A stretch of DNA of 64,000 nucleotides from Isosphaeraceae bacterium (GTDB lineage Bacteria > Planctomycetota > Planctomycetia > Isosphaerales > Isosphaeraceae). A program made the position numbers and the translations under genes. The notes below the pieces were generated by a model that saw only the letters and a program-made list of their open reading frames with translations, made no database searches and was not told where the DNA came from. Shown here in pieces: positions 22,476-36,226 of the stretch (the stretch's first letter is position 1; each line of letters begins with the position of its first letter). The stretch covers positions 62,001 to 126,000 of the forward strand of contig CBDAVP010000015.1 of the NCBI GenBank assembly GCA_965201075.1, written 5' to 3'.

Positions 22476-22628
22476 GCGTGGAGACCTGTCGTCAAGGACG
22501 ACGGAGCGTGGCGGCCTACCTCGCCGCATGCTTCGAAGCCAGGCGGAGCGGGCAACCGATCCCGTCCCCACTGGCTTGAAAAGCCGACCGTCCGCCCAAG
22601 GCCGCCGGGCGAGGCCGTGAATGGCTAC
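22476..22628 (+). mobile_element. IS66-family remnant: transposase C-terminal fragment plus degenerate right terminal repeat
   Basis: The frame ending at 22579 reads VETCRQGRRSVAAYLAACFEARRSGQPIPSPL*, resembling IS66 TnpC C-termini (TCRQQGR.VL.YL..C). It is followed by CCGTGAATGGCTAC (22615-22628; reverse GTAGCCATTCACGG), similar to IS66 GTAA... ends. Confidence 0.65.
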
Positions 22629-22699
22629 GTGCGGGATTATCGGGCGGTGGATGCGTGGGGTGGCATGAGCGCACAGCGGGGAGCAGGCGGTCGGAATCG

Positions 22700-22800
22700 A
22701 GGATGTGAGGGCGTGGGTCAAAGTCTCGTCATCGAACGCCACGAAGTCGAAGCGGAGGCCGTCCGGGAACTTGATGTGGTCAAGCCAGGCGGGAGGGGAT
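22700..22800 (-). pseudogene. Coding-like fragment of unknown gene
   Basis: A GC3-rich frame (AWLDHIKFPDGLRFDFVAFDDETLTHAL) bounded upstream by an in-frame TGA, beside the IS66 remnant. Confidence 0.3.
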
Positions 22801-23112
22801 CAGCAAAGGGATAAGTCGGGGGAGAACGACTCACGCCCACTCATCCATATTACGTTCGACGCTCACCGAAAAAGCGGAAGAGCCACGAATCGGCATCAGT
22901 CGAACTCAGGGTGGCAAATGAACCGCATTTCGGATGAGGGTAGTGGAGGCCAAATCGCCACTGAGTCGTGGCGAGAGGTGCTCGCGTGGACCAAAAGATT
23001 GCCCGACGGCCTGGCTCGAGGTTAGACATTGTAGTGGGCATGGACTGCTCAATTGGTCGCCTTCGGTGCAGTTCTTGCGAGGTGAAGCTCCGCGAGCCCT
23101 ATTTCCGGCGTT

Positions 23113-24876
23113 TCAGAGGCCGCGGAGGTGCCGGCCGAGCGAGGCGTCCCTAGCGAAAAGTGTGCGTGGGGCGCGGCGGGCTACGAGGTGCGTCGAGAGA
23201 TTCCCCCCCGCGAGGGGGTTCCTCGCCAGGTCGGTGATCGCCGCGCCGACGACCTGGATGGCCTTGAATCGGGACCGGGTCTGGGGGATGCGGATTGTGA
23301 CGACAGCGGTCTGAGAACCGGTGGGGGCGGTTTCGACCGAGACGCTCGCTGGCTGCTGGGTGCCGCCGGGGCGGCGGGCGGCGAGGCCGATCAAGTTGTA
23401 GTTGCGGGGGTTTTGCAGCTTGGCGACGTCGAGGCCGCTGATCTCGTCACGGAACGTAATGACAACGGTTCCGGCCAATGGGTAGTAGGCGACGTTGGCG
23501 ATGCGCGGGGCCAGGGTATCGATGGTCACGGCAGGGAGAGACGCCGTGAGGATGGGGCTGCCGTCGGAGGGCGTCACGGTCGCGGTGATCGCGTAGGCAC
23601 CGTCGGCGAGCGGACCGGCGAAGACGGTCCAGGCGCCATCGGCATTGGCGGCGGCCTGGCCGAGCAGGATCGGGCCGAGCTGTTCGGGACGCTGGGAGTA
23701 GAGCTGAACCAGCGAGAAGGGCCGCGCCGTGCCGGTGAACGTGAGTTGATTGAGCCGAGTATACCCGTCGCCCGAGACCGGCCCCGTGTCGCTCCGCGGG
23801 GCGAGACCCCCGGTGAAGTTCGGCGCCTGGACGACCGCCTGGCTCGCGATGGTGGTCTCGGTGAAGGTGGTCTGGTCGGGTGTGTTGCCGGACCCGCCGG
23901 TGAACCCATTGGTCACCGTGACCAGGATATTCCGAGTCGCGACGCTGCCATAGGTGTGAGAGCCAAGCACGGTGAATTGGCCGTCGGCTCCCGCGACGAC
24001 GGTACCCGCGGAGGTCTGTTCGTCACCCCAATGGATCGTGGCCACGAAGTTCCCTGGGAACACCGGCGGGGTGGCCTGGAAGGTGGCGACGGCGACGCCG
24101 GAGAAGCGGACGCCAGCGACGGGCGTGATGGTGGTGCCGGAGCCGGTCAGATGACTGGCCGGGGAGGATACCGTCGCGGTCACCGACGTATTGGCGAACT
24201 GGCCGCTGACAATGCGGGTGACAGTCACGAAAGCCGACGGACTCCCGGATTGGGCATAGGTGTGCGTGCCGTTGACGTTGAAGCCGCCGCCACCCTGTTT
24301 GAAGGTGAGCATCCCGGAAGTTGCAGGCGTGCCGTCGCCCCAGTTGATGGTGGCGGTGAAGTCGTCGGGGGTGGTCAGGGGGTTGCTGTCGAGGGCCGTG
24401 GCCACGACCTTACTGAAGGGCTGGCCGGCCACCGCGGTGAAAGGCGTGGCGGCGACGGAGAGCGTGGCGGCGCTGACCTGGGCCACGCCCGTTTGGGAGA
24501 TCGAGACGCCGCCAATCTCGGTGAGGGTCACGGAGAGGCCGAAGCCCCCGGCCGCCGAATAGTTATGGGTCCCTAGGATCTGGAACTGATTGCCCGACCC
24601 GGCCTGGATGGTCGCGGGGGTGGCGGGGGTGCCGTCACCCCAGTTGATCGTGGCCAGGTAGTCTTTGGCGGTGGTCGGCATGTCGTCGACCGAGGTGAAG
24701 GTTGCGACCTGGCCCTGGAAGGTTACTCCTTGCGCCGCGACCACCGGCCGGACGACCAGCGCGAGCAAAGAGCGGGACTCCAGGCGCAGGACCTGGGCGG
24801 GCGGCATGGTCGGTCCGGGACGGGGGTGCCGCCGCGACTTGCGATCCGAGCCAAACTGGGGCCAGCGGGCCTTCAT
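23113..24876 (-). CDS. Secreted Ig-like/PKD-repeat surface protein with LEPR-xLL-type N-terminus
   Basis: LESRSLL motif. Three AT(I)(N/H)WGD...G.H.Y repeats, followed by a Big-like domain (SDTG..GD..T, LADGAY.ITAT, IDT.AP). Confidence 0.8.
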   Translation of the reverse strand: MKARWPQFGSDRKSRRHPRPGPTMPPAQVLRLESRSLLALVVRPVVAAQGVTFQGQVATFTSVDDMPTTAKDYLATINWGDGTPATPATIQAGSGNQFQILGTHNYSAAGGFGLSVTLTEIGGVSISQTGVAQVSAATLSVAATPFTAVAGQPFSKVVATALDSNPLTTPDDFTATINWGDGTPATSGMLTFKQGGGGFNVNGTHTYAQSGSPSAFVTVTRIVSGQFANTSVTATVSSPASHLTGSGTTITPVAGVRFSGVAVATFQATPPVFPGNFVATIHWGDEQTSAGTVVAGADGQFTVLGSHTYGSVATRNILVTVTNGFTGGSGNTPDQTTFTETTIASQAVVQAPNFTGGLAPRSDTGPVSGDGYTRLNQLTFTGTARPFSLVQLYSQRPEQLGPILLGQAAANADGAWTVFAGPLADGAYAITATVTPSDGSPILTASLPAVTIDTLAPRIANVAYYPLAGTVVITFRDEISGLDVAKLQNPRNYNLIGLAARRPGGTQQPASVSVETAPTGSQTAVVTIRIPQTRSRFKAIQVVGAAITDLARNPLAGGNLSTHLVARRAPRTLFARDASLGRHLRGL

Positions 24877-24946
24877 GGTCGATCCCCATGCGATGGGAAG
24901 TGCCGGCCGCCCTGTATGGAGCAGGGCGGCGGGCCTGCCCGGCCGG

Positions 24947-25576
24947 TCAGTGGTTCTTGGAATTGGCGCCGAAGTCGTTGTTCCGGATGATGTTGAATCC
25001 ATTCACGATGGCCACGCGAGCGGACGCGATGGCCTGGTCCTGGGCCAGCGAGTCGAGCGCCACGGTCGCCGGCGAGTTCTTGTCCGGCGGGGGAGTCGCG
25101 GCGATGAGGGCCTGCCCGAGGGTTCCTGACCGGAACCCCCCATTGGCCGCGGCATTGGTGGACCCGGCGGCGGCGTTCCCGGAGATTTTCTGGTCCAGGA
25201 GCCTCATGATGTTGGGGCTGCCCCCCTTGGGCCGCGAGGTGCCGGCCTTGGTCTGAAGGGCCGTGCTTAGGAGCTGCTGGCTCAACAATTCCACCCGGTA
25301 ACGCGTGTAATTTTGGAACGCGGTGTTCACGCCGGGGTCCACCGACGACAGGTACGTGCCCCGGGCCTGGGTGTAGTCCTGCACGAACGAATCGAAGGCC
25401 TTGTTGACAAGGGTGATAATCGGCTGTTGTGCCCCCTTGCCCAGTGCGCGAAGCCTGGGGGTCAATCCGTCGACTAGCACCGAGGGATGACGCACCCCGG
25501 CCTGGCTCAGGACGACCCGCCCCTCCAGTGTCTCCAGGGCGGCCTGCCGAGATTTGCGACGATCTTTCGTCGGCAT
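24947..25576 (-). CDS. Hypothetical planctomycete extracellular protein (LEPR-xLL-type N-terminus)
   Basis: Basic N-terminus followed by ETLEGRVVLS. Confidence 0.7.
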   Translation of the reverse strand: MPTKDRRKSRQAALETLEGRVVLSQAGVRHPSVLVDGLTPRLRALGKGAQQPIITLVNKAFDSFVQDYTQARGTYLSSVDPGVNTAFQNYTRYRVELLSQQLLSTALQTKAGTSRPKGGSPNIMRLLDQKISGNAAAGSTNAAANGGFRSGTLGQALIAATPPPDKNSPATVALDSLAQDQAIASARVAIVNGFNIIRNNDFGANSKNH

Positions 25577-26050
25577 CGTGAGTTCCTTCCGTGAAAGTCA
25601 GGGCCTCGTGGCCGGCGGCCCGCCGCATCCCTGGACGCCTCCGAGGACCCTTTCGCAGGACCTGGCGCGGCGGACTTATCGATGATTTCAGTGGATCTAT
25701 ACAGTACGAATGCGACTTGAGCGAAACATTTTATTTTTCAGCCGTTGATCCAACCGGGGCAGCCGCGATTGCACGCCACCGGCGGGAAATGCAGGGCGAA
25801 AAGTTCAAGATTGGGAGGGGAGGCGGGAGGGGCCGCCGACGATGCCCTTCACCATGCTTAAGGCCTGCTTCGGGATGGACTAGCGACGCGGGGGCGGGCT
25901 CCGCGTCGCCCGCGGGCGAGTACGGGGCGGGGCGGATGTGGGCGCCGCAATCAGGAATGCTCACATAACCGATAGGATCGCACCGATGGTCTCTCTGTGC
26001 ATATTCGTTGCGTTCGGCCCAGGGGCCGGGTCAATCGCCAGGAGGGCGTC

Positions 26051-29000
26051 ATGGCACGTCGGATCGCATGGTGCGCGGGGGCCGCGGCATTCCTCATTGC
26101 CCTGGCCCTTGCGCCGGGGAGAGGTCGGGCGGGAGTCCTCGATCACTTCCTGGGCGAGTCGGCCCCCCCCACCCTCGCCGACGTGGCCCGGATGGTCGAC
26201 CATATCCAGAGCGCGATTCTGAACCAGGGGACCGTCGTCATCAAGCAGCCGGACATCTGGAGCCAGGCGCGGATGACGAAGTTCCGGAAGGAGTTCGAGG
26301 ACACGATGAGTCCGGAGGTGGCGAGCTTCACCCTCAACCTCGCTGGCCGGATCGCGCGGAGCGACGCCGCGTCGTTCCAGAGTCAGACGGCCCTTGCCGC
26401 CGTACTGACGCCCTTTGGAAAGGATGCTAACGGCAACCCGTTCACGCCGCTGATCACCTCTCAGCCAGAACTGAATACGGCGCTGGTCAACACGACGGGC
26501 CTGATTACCACGCCGCAGACGACCGCGAGCACCACGACCGATGGTTCGGGCTCGCAGGTCGTGGTCCCGGGGATCCCGGCTGCGAATCTTCCCCCGGCGG
26601 CGGACTTCACCCTGATCAACCAGCTCACCACGGGCAAGAAGGATACGCCCGGACCGGGGACCGGGCTCTTACTGGGACTTGAGCCCAACGTCAAGATCGA
26701 CCAGCAGGCCGATTACATCAACCACCTCAATCGGATCCGCCGGGTGAATCTGGGCGACGACACGGCCGACTCGGCGGGGTACGGCTTATACCTGATGCGG
26801 GTGCCGGTATCGATCCAGCCCGGGGACCAGACCAAGAAGGGGCACGGGGCCTTGGTCAACCTGACCATGCGCCACGACTTCGGCCCAAAGTTCCTTGCCA
26901 GCACCTTCCGGAACCTCGTCATCAACGACGTGATCGATATGCTCGCCCCGCCGGTAACCGAGGCGATCCGCAACGGCTCCGCCAAGGAGCACCACGACAT
27001 GGTCGTGGATTACCTCAAGTCGAGGCGGAAGGCCACCCCGGCCGGTGTGAGCCTGGCGCAGGCCCCCTATTCGGGCCTGGAGGGGGAGAAGGCGTTCGCC
27101 GACCAGGTCCGCCGGACGCAGCCCGACCTGGCCTCGGAACTCGACCGGAAGCGGGTGCCGCTGGAGGCTGTCATCGCCAAGCTCAAGGCAGTCAAGAGCT
27201 CCCCCGTCAGCCGGAGCAGCCCGAGCACGTTCCCGGTCGCCCCGAGCGACATCAAGCGGGTGTTCCTGCCGCAGAACCTGCTGATCCTCGCCTACCATGC
27301 CCAGGTCACGGTGGGCCTCGGCGACGTGATGCCGCCAGACACGAACAAGATCCGCTCCACCGACGTCCGGACGGTCCTGCGTCAGGAGCTGGAATCGGCC
27401 TACGACCTCATGACCCGCCCCCTGAAGGATCAGGTCCCGCTCCTTCAGGACGTGGAGTACATCGAGTCGATCACCGACCAGGTCTATCAGCGTGGGTTCG
27501 ATGGTGCGAAGGATGTCCCAGTCGACTCGCCCGAGGAGGTCAACGACTTTTTCACCCTCTATGAAGGCTTCACCCGCCGCCTGCCCGGCAACATCCGCTG
27601 GCGGCCCGTCGGGGCGCTCTCGTGGGCGATCGCGATCGAGGCCGGCCTGCTCAACCGCCACCTCCGCGAGGACATGACCCAGACCAAGGGGGCCGAGGGC
27701 TACACCTGCCCGGCCGAAGTCGAGGGGATGTTCTTCTACCCGCCGACGCCGATGCCCGAGGCGGAGTTCGCCTTCCAGGAATACATCAAGGCGCGCTGGC
27801 CGATGATCACCTTTGCCCTGGAGCCGGTCATCGACGAGCAGAACGTCGAGGACTCGTTCACCCGGCGCCGCGACCTCCAGTTGGCCGTCGCCTTTGCGCT
27901 CTCGGCCGGGCGAATCAGCTTCCGTCAGGCCATCCAGTTCACCCGTCAGCTCCAGTACGAGGCGCAGACGATCGCCCTGAACCAGACGATCACGTCATTC
28001 GCCCACGGCAACGACAGCTTCGGTTGGCGCTTCTCCCCGCGCTATCAGACGCCGCCCGAGGAGGGAAACCTCCAGGCGGTGGGCAACCTCCTGCTCCGTG
28101 GTGGGCCGGGCCCCAATTACGGGCTAAAGAACAGCAAGATCGAGCCCGGGATGAGGGAGCTGACGGCGGTGGTGGTCATGCCGTCGTTCGTCCGCGGGAT
28201 GCGGCTGGACGTGGCGGGCGACTGGTTCCGCCTGCACGACCCAGATGAGCAGAAAATTCACTCGGCCCGGACCATCGAGCTGGGCCGCCGAATCAACGAG
28301 GCCCGCACCGCGCTGGATGTCGCCTGCAAGTGCGGGCAGTACCGGCCCGAGGACACCGAGCGGCTGCGCATCCGGCTGCACCAATTGGAGCGGATGCTGC
28401 CCCTCCAGACCCAGATCGTGAAGGTCCCGTACGAGAACACCCTCGGCGGATTCGCTCTGTTCACGCAGGGGGTCACGGCGCTGGTGCCCGAACTCTCGGG
28501 GTTCGAGGGGCTCGAGTACATCGACCCGAACCAAGGCGGTGATATCCTCGTCTTTGGCAAGCACCTGAGCATCTACGAGACGGCCGTCGTCGCGGGGGGC
28601 TTCGCCCTGCCGCGGGAGGGGAAAGGCACTGCCGTCGTGAAGAACGGCGACGGGGTGCCCGTCGTGGTGGGCACCGCACTGAGCCCGCTCCGGACCCAGG
28701 ATGGCACGCTGAGCCTCATCAACGCCGTTGGCCCGCCGTTGGCCTTCCAGGATCACGGCAGCTATGACATCCTGAGCCGCGAGGTGATGAGGGTGCACCT
28801 CCCGGGGTCCCTCCAGATGGCGACGAGGGACGATGGCACGAAGGTCGTTGAGCTATACGTCTCCACGCCCAACGGAATCTCCAACCGCATCGAGATCCCG
28901 GTGAAGCCGGATGCGAAGGCGCCCCCGGTCGCCGCGGTCGCGTCGGGGCCGGGTTACACGATCGTCGATCCCGAGCTAAAGATCGGCCTCGCCGCGAACG

Positions 29001-29923
29001 TCACGGGCGATAAGGCCAGCGTCGTCGGGGTGCGGCATTTCGCCAATGGCGTTCAGCTGCGGATTCAGCCCACCGACCGCACGTCCCCCCTGCCGCTGTC
29101 CATCAGCCTCTCGGCCAGCTTCGCCCTGCCCAATGGCCTGCTGACGCAGCCGATCCAGATCGAGGACATCCAGCTCCGTGGGGACATGTACGTGGTCCGG
29201 GCCGAACAACTCAACGACTTCGCGGACCAGATCTTCCAGCTCCTGAAGACCAACGCCAGAGCGAACCCGGACTTCCTCCCGATGAGCGCGGGCCCTGGCC
29301 AGGTAGCTTTCCAGGCGTCTCAGGATCCCGGGCAGCCCGCGCCGCCCGGACCCGCGCCGTCGACGAACGCGCTAAATGTCACCTTCCAGCCGATCGTGAC
29401 CACCGTCCCGGACGCCGCGGCGACGCCCGCGACGAAACCCGCTACCGCTGCCAACTCGGCCAAGCCGCGGCCGGCCGTCGCGCAAACGCTTCCGACTCTC
29501 GCCCCAATAGCGGACGAGGCGCCTGACGACTCCGGAGGGCGGACGCGTCAGGCCTCGTTCGATCCGGTGAAGCCGGCCGCGTTGCGGACCGCCCTCGCTC
29601 AGGCCCCAGCCCCGGCGGAGGCGGGCCTCTCCCTGCCGCTTTCTCTGCCGCCCCTGCCGCAGGCCCCCGCCGTCGCGGCCGCGTCGTTGGCGACGAACGA
29701 GGCCTCAACTCCGGCGATTCCAACGGCCCTGGTGGCCACGCCCGCGCGGGCGTCCCAGACGGTCGTCGTGGTTCCCCAGCGTGCGGCGCCGCTGAATATC
29801 TCGGTGCCGGTCGCGGCCCCGGTCGCCAAGCACCGCGGCTTGTTCCACCGCCAGGGCGGGGCGGGGCCCGATGCCAGGCCGGTGCGCGGGCCTCTCCTGG
29901 AGCGACTCCGCGGCCAGCCTTGA
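26051..29923 (+). CDS. Large secreted hypothetical protein (~1290 aa)
   Basis: SD GGAGG, signal peptide, strong coding bias and a Pro/Ala-rich C-terminus. No family recognised. Confidence 0.8.
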   Translation: MARRIAWCAGAAAFLIALALAPGRGRAGVLDHFLGESAPPTLADVARMVDHIQSAILNQGTVVIKQPDIWSQARMTKFRKEFEDTMSPEVASFTLNLAGRIARSDAASFQSQTALAAVLTPFGKDANGNPFTPLITSQPELNTALVNTTGLITTPQTTASTTTDGSGSQVVVPGIPAANLPPAADFTLINQLTTGKKDTPGPGTGLLLGLEPNVKIDQQADYINHLNRIRRVNLGDDTADSAGYGLYLMRVPVSIQPGDQTKKGHGALVNLTMRHDFGPKFLASTFRNLVINDVIDMLAPPVTEAIRNGSAKEHHDMVVDYLKSRRKATPAGVSLAQAPYSGLEGEKAFADQVRRTQPDLASELDRKRVPLEAVIAKLKAVKSSPVSRSSPSTFPVAPSDIKRVFLPQNLLILAYHAQVTVGLGDVMPPDTNKIRSTDVRTVLRQELESAYDLMTRPLKDQVPLLQDVEYIESITDQVYQRGFDGAKDVPVDSPEEVNDFFTLYEGFTRRLPGNIRWRPVGALSWAIAIEAGLLNRHLREDMTQTKGAEGYTCPAEVEGMFFYPPTPMPEAEFAFQEYIKARWPMITFALEPVIDEQNVEDSFTRRRDLQLAVAFALSAGRISFRQAIQFTRQLQYEAQTIALNQTITSFAHGNDSFGWRFSPRYQTPPEEGNLQAVGNLLLRGGPGPNYGLKNSKIEPGMRELTAVVVMPSFVRGMRLDVAGDWFRLHDPDEQKIHSARTIELGRRINEARTALDVACKCGQYRPEDTERLRIRLHQLERMLPLQTQIVKVPYENTLGGFALFTQGVTALVPELSGFEGLEYIDPNQGGDILVFGKHLSIYETAVVAGGFALPREGKGTAVVKNGDGVPVVVGTALSPLRTQDGTLSLINAVGPPLAFQDHGSYDILSREVMRVHLPGSLQMATRDDGTKVVELYVSTPNGISNRIEIPVKPDAKAPPVAAVASGPGYTIVDPELKIGLAANVTGDKASVVGVRHFANGVQLRIQPTDRTSPLPLSISLSASFALPNGLLTQPIQIEDIQLRGDMYVVRAEQLNDFADQIFQLLKTNARANPDFLPMSAGPGQVAFQASQDPGQPAPPGPAPSTNALNVTFQPIVTTVPDAAATPATKPATAANSAKPRPAVAQTLPTLAPIADEAPDDSGGRTRQASFDPVKPAALRTALAQAPAPAEAGLSLPLSLPPLPQAPAVAAASLATNEASTPAIPTALVATPARASQTVVVVPQRAAPLNISVPVAAPVAKHRGLFHRQGGAGPDARPVRGPLLERLRGQP

Positions 29924-29998
29924 CCCGATCCGGCCCCCGGGGCTACATCTCGACCCGGGGGGAGTCGGTCGTCGCGGGCGGGGCGGGCGTCGTGTGCC

Positions 29999-31957
<1,959 letters not shown>

Positions 31958-32807
31958 GATGGGGCTCCGATGGTGGTGGAAGCTCGACGGGAGGCCAAGG
32001 CTCCGAATAACCGGCGCATTACTCGGGCAACATGATCCGACCTATGCCTCAATAACCGACCCACGGTCGCCCGAAATACCGCTCATCCCGGCGGAGGCAA
32101 CGGTCTTTATCGGCGACGAGACTCGAATCGTGGTTGCCATTATCAATCTATCACACGGGTTCCATGTCGCAAGGATCGGTTCGCGCTTGCGAGCCACAGG
32201 TGCAGGCAAGTGCGAATCGCGATGGCAAGCTCAGATCAACCTGTACGAAACATTTCTATAATGGCTTATTAATTTTAAATCTGTAATTACCTTTCAACGT
32301 GGCTGAATCTTGGTGATCGGGACCGACAGTACTCTTCAACCAATCGGAATCTCAGGTTGTTTCGGAACGGGAAACTCGAAACTCCTCCTCATGGCCGCTC
32401 ATCATCGCTCGGATAGGAACGCCAGCCCTTCGGGAATTGACCAGGCATAATCCACAAGTCCGGCCGTCATTGCCGGGTTTTTCTTCCGACAAAGCCAAAT
32501 GCCTCGGTCGTCTTTGATCCGCAAGGTCCGAACCGGCCAGCGGAAATGGGACACAGACATCGTCAGGTAGGTCACCGACTCGTGATCTCTCCAGTCCTTG
32601 CTAAACCGGTACGTCTTGCGGGCGTTGCGGCGCCGGTTTGACCCATGCTGCCGCTCCCCCCACCGATTGCGTCAGCACCGTGGGAGAGACGAAAGGTCGG
32701 ACATAGTGCGACACTGATCGGCCACGACCGCTGCGTCACAAAATCTGCCACAGGCCAGGCGCCACAGAATTGATTTGCCTTAATTCTCTTGACGTCAACC
32801 ATTTAAA

Positions 32808-32882
<75 letters not shown>

Positions 32883-32888
32883 CCGAAT

Positions 32889-33767
32889 TCACTTTAGCGT
32901 CGAAGGGATCGGGTGGGCAACCGCGACTTCGGGTCTCATAGGCGGTAATGGGGGCGCGATCGGGTAGAGACGGTGGGTCCAGCGGTTGAAACCCCAGTCG
33001 ACCAGGCGAGGCGCCAGCCGGTTGGCCAGCAAGAGCAATCGGCCTTGCGCTGTGAGCGTGACCTCGTGTCGGCCGCGACTCAGAGCGTTGAGAGTCGCTT
33101 TGGCCACGATGGCGGGGGTCATTGTTCGGCGATGGTTGGTACTGTAAACCGCGTTATCAATCACGAGGTTCTGGTCGAAGGCGGTCGCTGTGAAGCCCGG
33201 ATTGACGAGCAGGACGTCGATGGAATACTTGGCCCACTCCGAACGTAGGGCTTCGGTCAGCCCCGCGACGGCGAATTTGCTGGCGGAGTATTCCGGACGG
33301 CCTGGGAGGGCTCGGCGGGCGACGATTGACCCGATGTTGATCAGGGCCGGGCTCTCTCCGCGACGCAGGAGGGGCAAGGCGTCTCGGCTTAACTCCGCCA
33401 GGGCGAAGAAGTTGATCTCGAAGAGTTGGCGGAGGACCGACTCGTCGTGGGTCTCGAAATGCCCGTAGGCTCCCACTCCCGCGGCGTTGATAAGCAGATC
33501 GAGTCCGCCGAATCCCTCGGCGACGAGGTCGAGGAGTCGACCTCGGTCGCGAGAATCGGTCAGCTCGGCGGGGGCGACCTGAAGGGCGTAGGGATCGACA
33601 CCGGATTGGATCAGCCCGTCCCTGACCGCGACGAGCCGTTCCTTCGACCGACCGGTCAGGAGAACCTTCGCGCCGGCCAGGGCCAGGTGTTCGGCCAGGG
33701 CCCGGCCGAGGCCGGAAGAGGCTCCCGTGACGAGGCAGCGGGCCGAACGGAAGTTGCGCCGGGGCAT
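32889..33767 (-). CDS. Short-chain dehydrogenase/reductase
   Basis: TGASSGLG, NAAG and YSASK. Confidence 0.93.
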   Translation of the reverse strand: MPRRNFRSARCLVTGASSGLGRALAEHLALAGAKVLLTGRSKERLVAVRDGLIQSGVDPYALQVAPAELTDSRDRGRLLDLVAEGFGGLDLLINAAGVGAYGHFETHDESVLRQLFEINFFALAELSRDALPLLRRGESPALINIGSIVARRALPGRPEYSASKFAVAGLTEALRSEWAKYSIDVLLVNPGFTATAFDQNLVIDNAVYSTNHRRTMTPAIVAKATLNALSRGRHEVTLTAQGRLLLLANRLAPRLVDWGFNRWTHRLYPIAPPLPPMRPEVAVAHPIPSTLK

Positions 33768-33814
33768 GAGCGAGTGAGACCTTTCTCGAACGGGCCAGCC
33801 GGGGCGGGCCCGGG

Positions 33815-34171
33815 TCAGCGGTTCACGGAGTCCTCGACGGCGCCTTCGACGCGGGTCGTGGCGAGGCCGCTTTCGGGGTCGGTCCGTCGCCAGGAAAGTC
33901 GCGACGAGGTGCTCGGCTGGCTGACGACGACACGAGGCGCCGGGGCCGGCGTCGTGGTCGGCGTGGCCTGGGCGACGACCGTGCCGTTGACGACCTGCCC
34001 AGGGGCGGTCTCGCAGACCGTGCCGATCTGGAACGGTCCGACGTCGGTCGTGGAGTAGGTCGGGACGCCCGAGGCCGTGTAGTAGTGGTTGTGTGAGATG
34101 CAGCCGGTCGAGCCCGAGGCGGCGACCGTCAGCGCCAGGGCGCCCGCGCGGATGCTGCGGGATCGTCTCAT
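33815..34171 (-). CDS. Hypothetical lipoprotein
   Basis: Basic N-terminus, hydrophobic stretch and STGC lipobox-like site, with an SD (GGAG). Confidence 0.65.
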   Translation of the reverse strand: MRRSRSIRAGALALTVAASGSTGCISHNHYYTASGVPTYSTTDVGPFQIGTVCETAPGQVVNGTVVAQATPTTTPAPAPRVVVSQPSTSSRLSWRRTDPESGLATTRVEGAVEDSVNR

Positions 34172-34309
34172 GGCGAAACTCCTTGGCAGGGGCCGACGGC
34201 GGACCCGGCCGCTAGGGTGAAACCGAGAAGTGGGGCCGAGAGTATGGTCCAAGTTGCCGAGCGAAGGTGGGCACTCCCGGTCACGGCCGAGAGACGCGGC
34301 GGACTTTAA

Positions 34310-35046
34310 TCAATCTCCGACAGGCGGCCAAGCGGAGTTTCCACCCACCGACCGCGACCGGGCGGCTCGGGCGACCCCCTGACAATCGAGCAGCCGTTGC
34401 CGGATCAACGCGGTGACGGCCGAGGGATCCAGGCCCGAAAGGTCGGCCGGCTCGATTGGCGGACCGTAATGCACATGCAGCGAGCCTGGACGCGGGTAGG
34501 GGCGAGAGCGGGGCCACGCCTCGAAGGTGCCCGCCACCGCGGCGGGAATGATCGGCACCCGGGCCCTCGTCACCAACACGGCGATGCCGGGCTTCAACTC
34601 GCCGAGTTCGCCATCGACGCTGCGCGTCCCCTCAGGAAACAGGGCGACGATCCCGCCGTTGCGCAGGCGACGGAGGGTCTCCTTGAGGCCCTCGGCCCCC
34701 ATCCCCTCGCGCTGAATTGGAAAGCCGCCGACCGATCGGATCAGGCGTCCCAGGATGGGCAGGAACAGGGTCGAACGGGCCACGTAGTTCAGGGGCCGTT
34801 CCAGGGGAATTCCCAGGACGAAGACATCCAGATGACTGAGGTGGTTGGAGATGAGCATCGCGCCGCCGCTGGACGGGATGTTGCGACGTCCCGAGGCGCG
34901 GAGTCCGCCGCTCATCACGAGCACCAAACCGACCACCCGTTGCACCAGGAGATACCATAGGAGAAGCGCTTGGGAGCGGTCGCTTCTCGGAAGGACCGTC
35001 GTTCTTGAGGAATTCAACGGGTTCGCCGGAGTTGTCGCGGTGGTCA

Positions 35047-35047
<1 letters not shown>
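34310..35047 (-). CDS. plsC: 1-acyl-sn-glycerol-3-phosphate acyltransferase
   Basis: NHLSHLD (HX4D) and FPEGTRS. Confidence 0.9.
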
Positions 35048-35772
<725 letters not shown>

Positions 35773-35773
35773 C

Positions 35774-36226
35774 TTAATGGGCCCGGCGGCCGGCAACGGG
35801 GATCGACGGCTTCAAGGGCTGCCGACCGGCGACTCCGGCGTCGAGTTCATGCCAATGTCCTACCTCGACCTCACCGTGCCGCCAGCAGAGGTAAACTTCC
35901 CGATCGTCCCGAAGGCTAGGAAAGTCGCAAAGTCCGTCGGGACCTTTCAGTTCCACTCCTAATTGAGTCAACTCGTCCACGAGACCTCGGAGGCGGGTTT
36001 CCTCGGCCTGCAACTCCGACTGGCTGTGGGCCAGTTCCTCGGAGTAGGGGTCGCTCGGGGATCGCCGGCGCTCGAGGGTCAGGGACGAGAGGCGTTGTTG
36101 GAGGGCGTGGACGACCTCGAACTGGTGGACGATGTCGGCCACGATCACCTTGACCAGCGGCAAGGTTCGATTGGCCTCGTCGACCGTGAACAGCTTTTTC
36201 GCCCCGACCGATTTCGCGGAGGCCAT
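35774..36226 (-). CDS. DUF2203 family protein
   Basis: FTVDEANRTLP, GLCDFP, VYLCWRHGE and WHELDAG.AGRQP. Confidence 0.88.
   Translation of the reverse strand: MASAKSVGAKKLFTVDEANRTLPLVKVIVADIVHQFEVVHALQQRLSSLTLERRRSPSDPYSEELAHSQSELQAEETRLRGLVDELTQLGVELKGPDGLCDFPSLRDDREVYLCWRHGEVEVGHWHELDAGVAGRQPLKPSIPVAGRRAH

Noticed and set aside
32251..32280. dif/cer-like Xer site or replication origin in the AT-rich patch
   Set aside because: The XerD-like arm fits only with an 8 bp spacer and the XerC arm is poor. There is just one imperfect DnaA-like box nearby (TAATCCACA, about 32448) and no dnaA or par genes. More likely promoter DNA.
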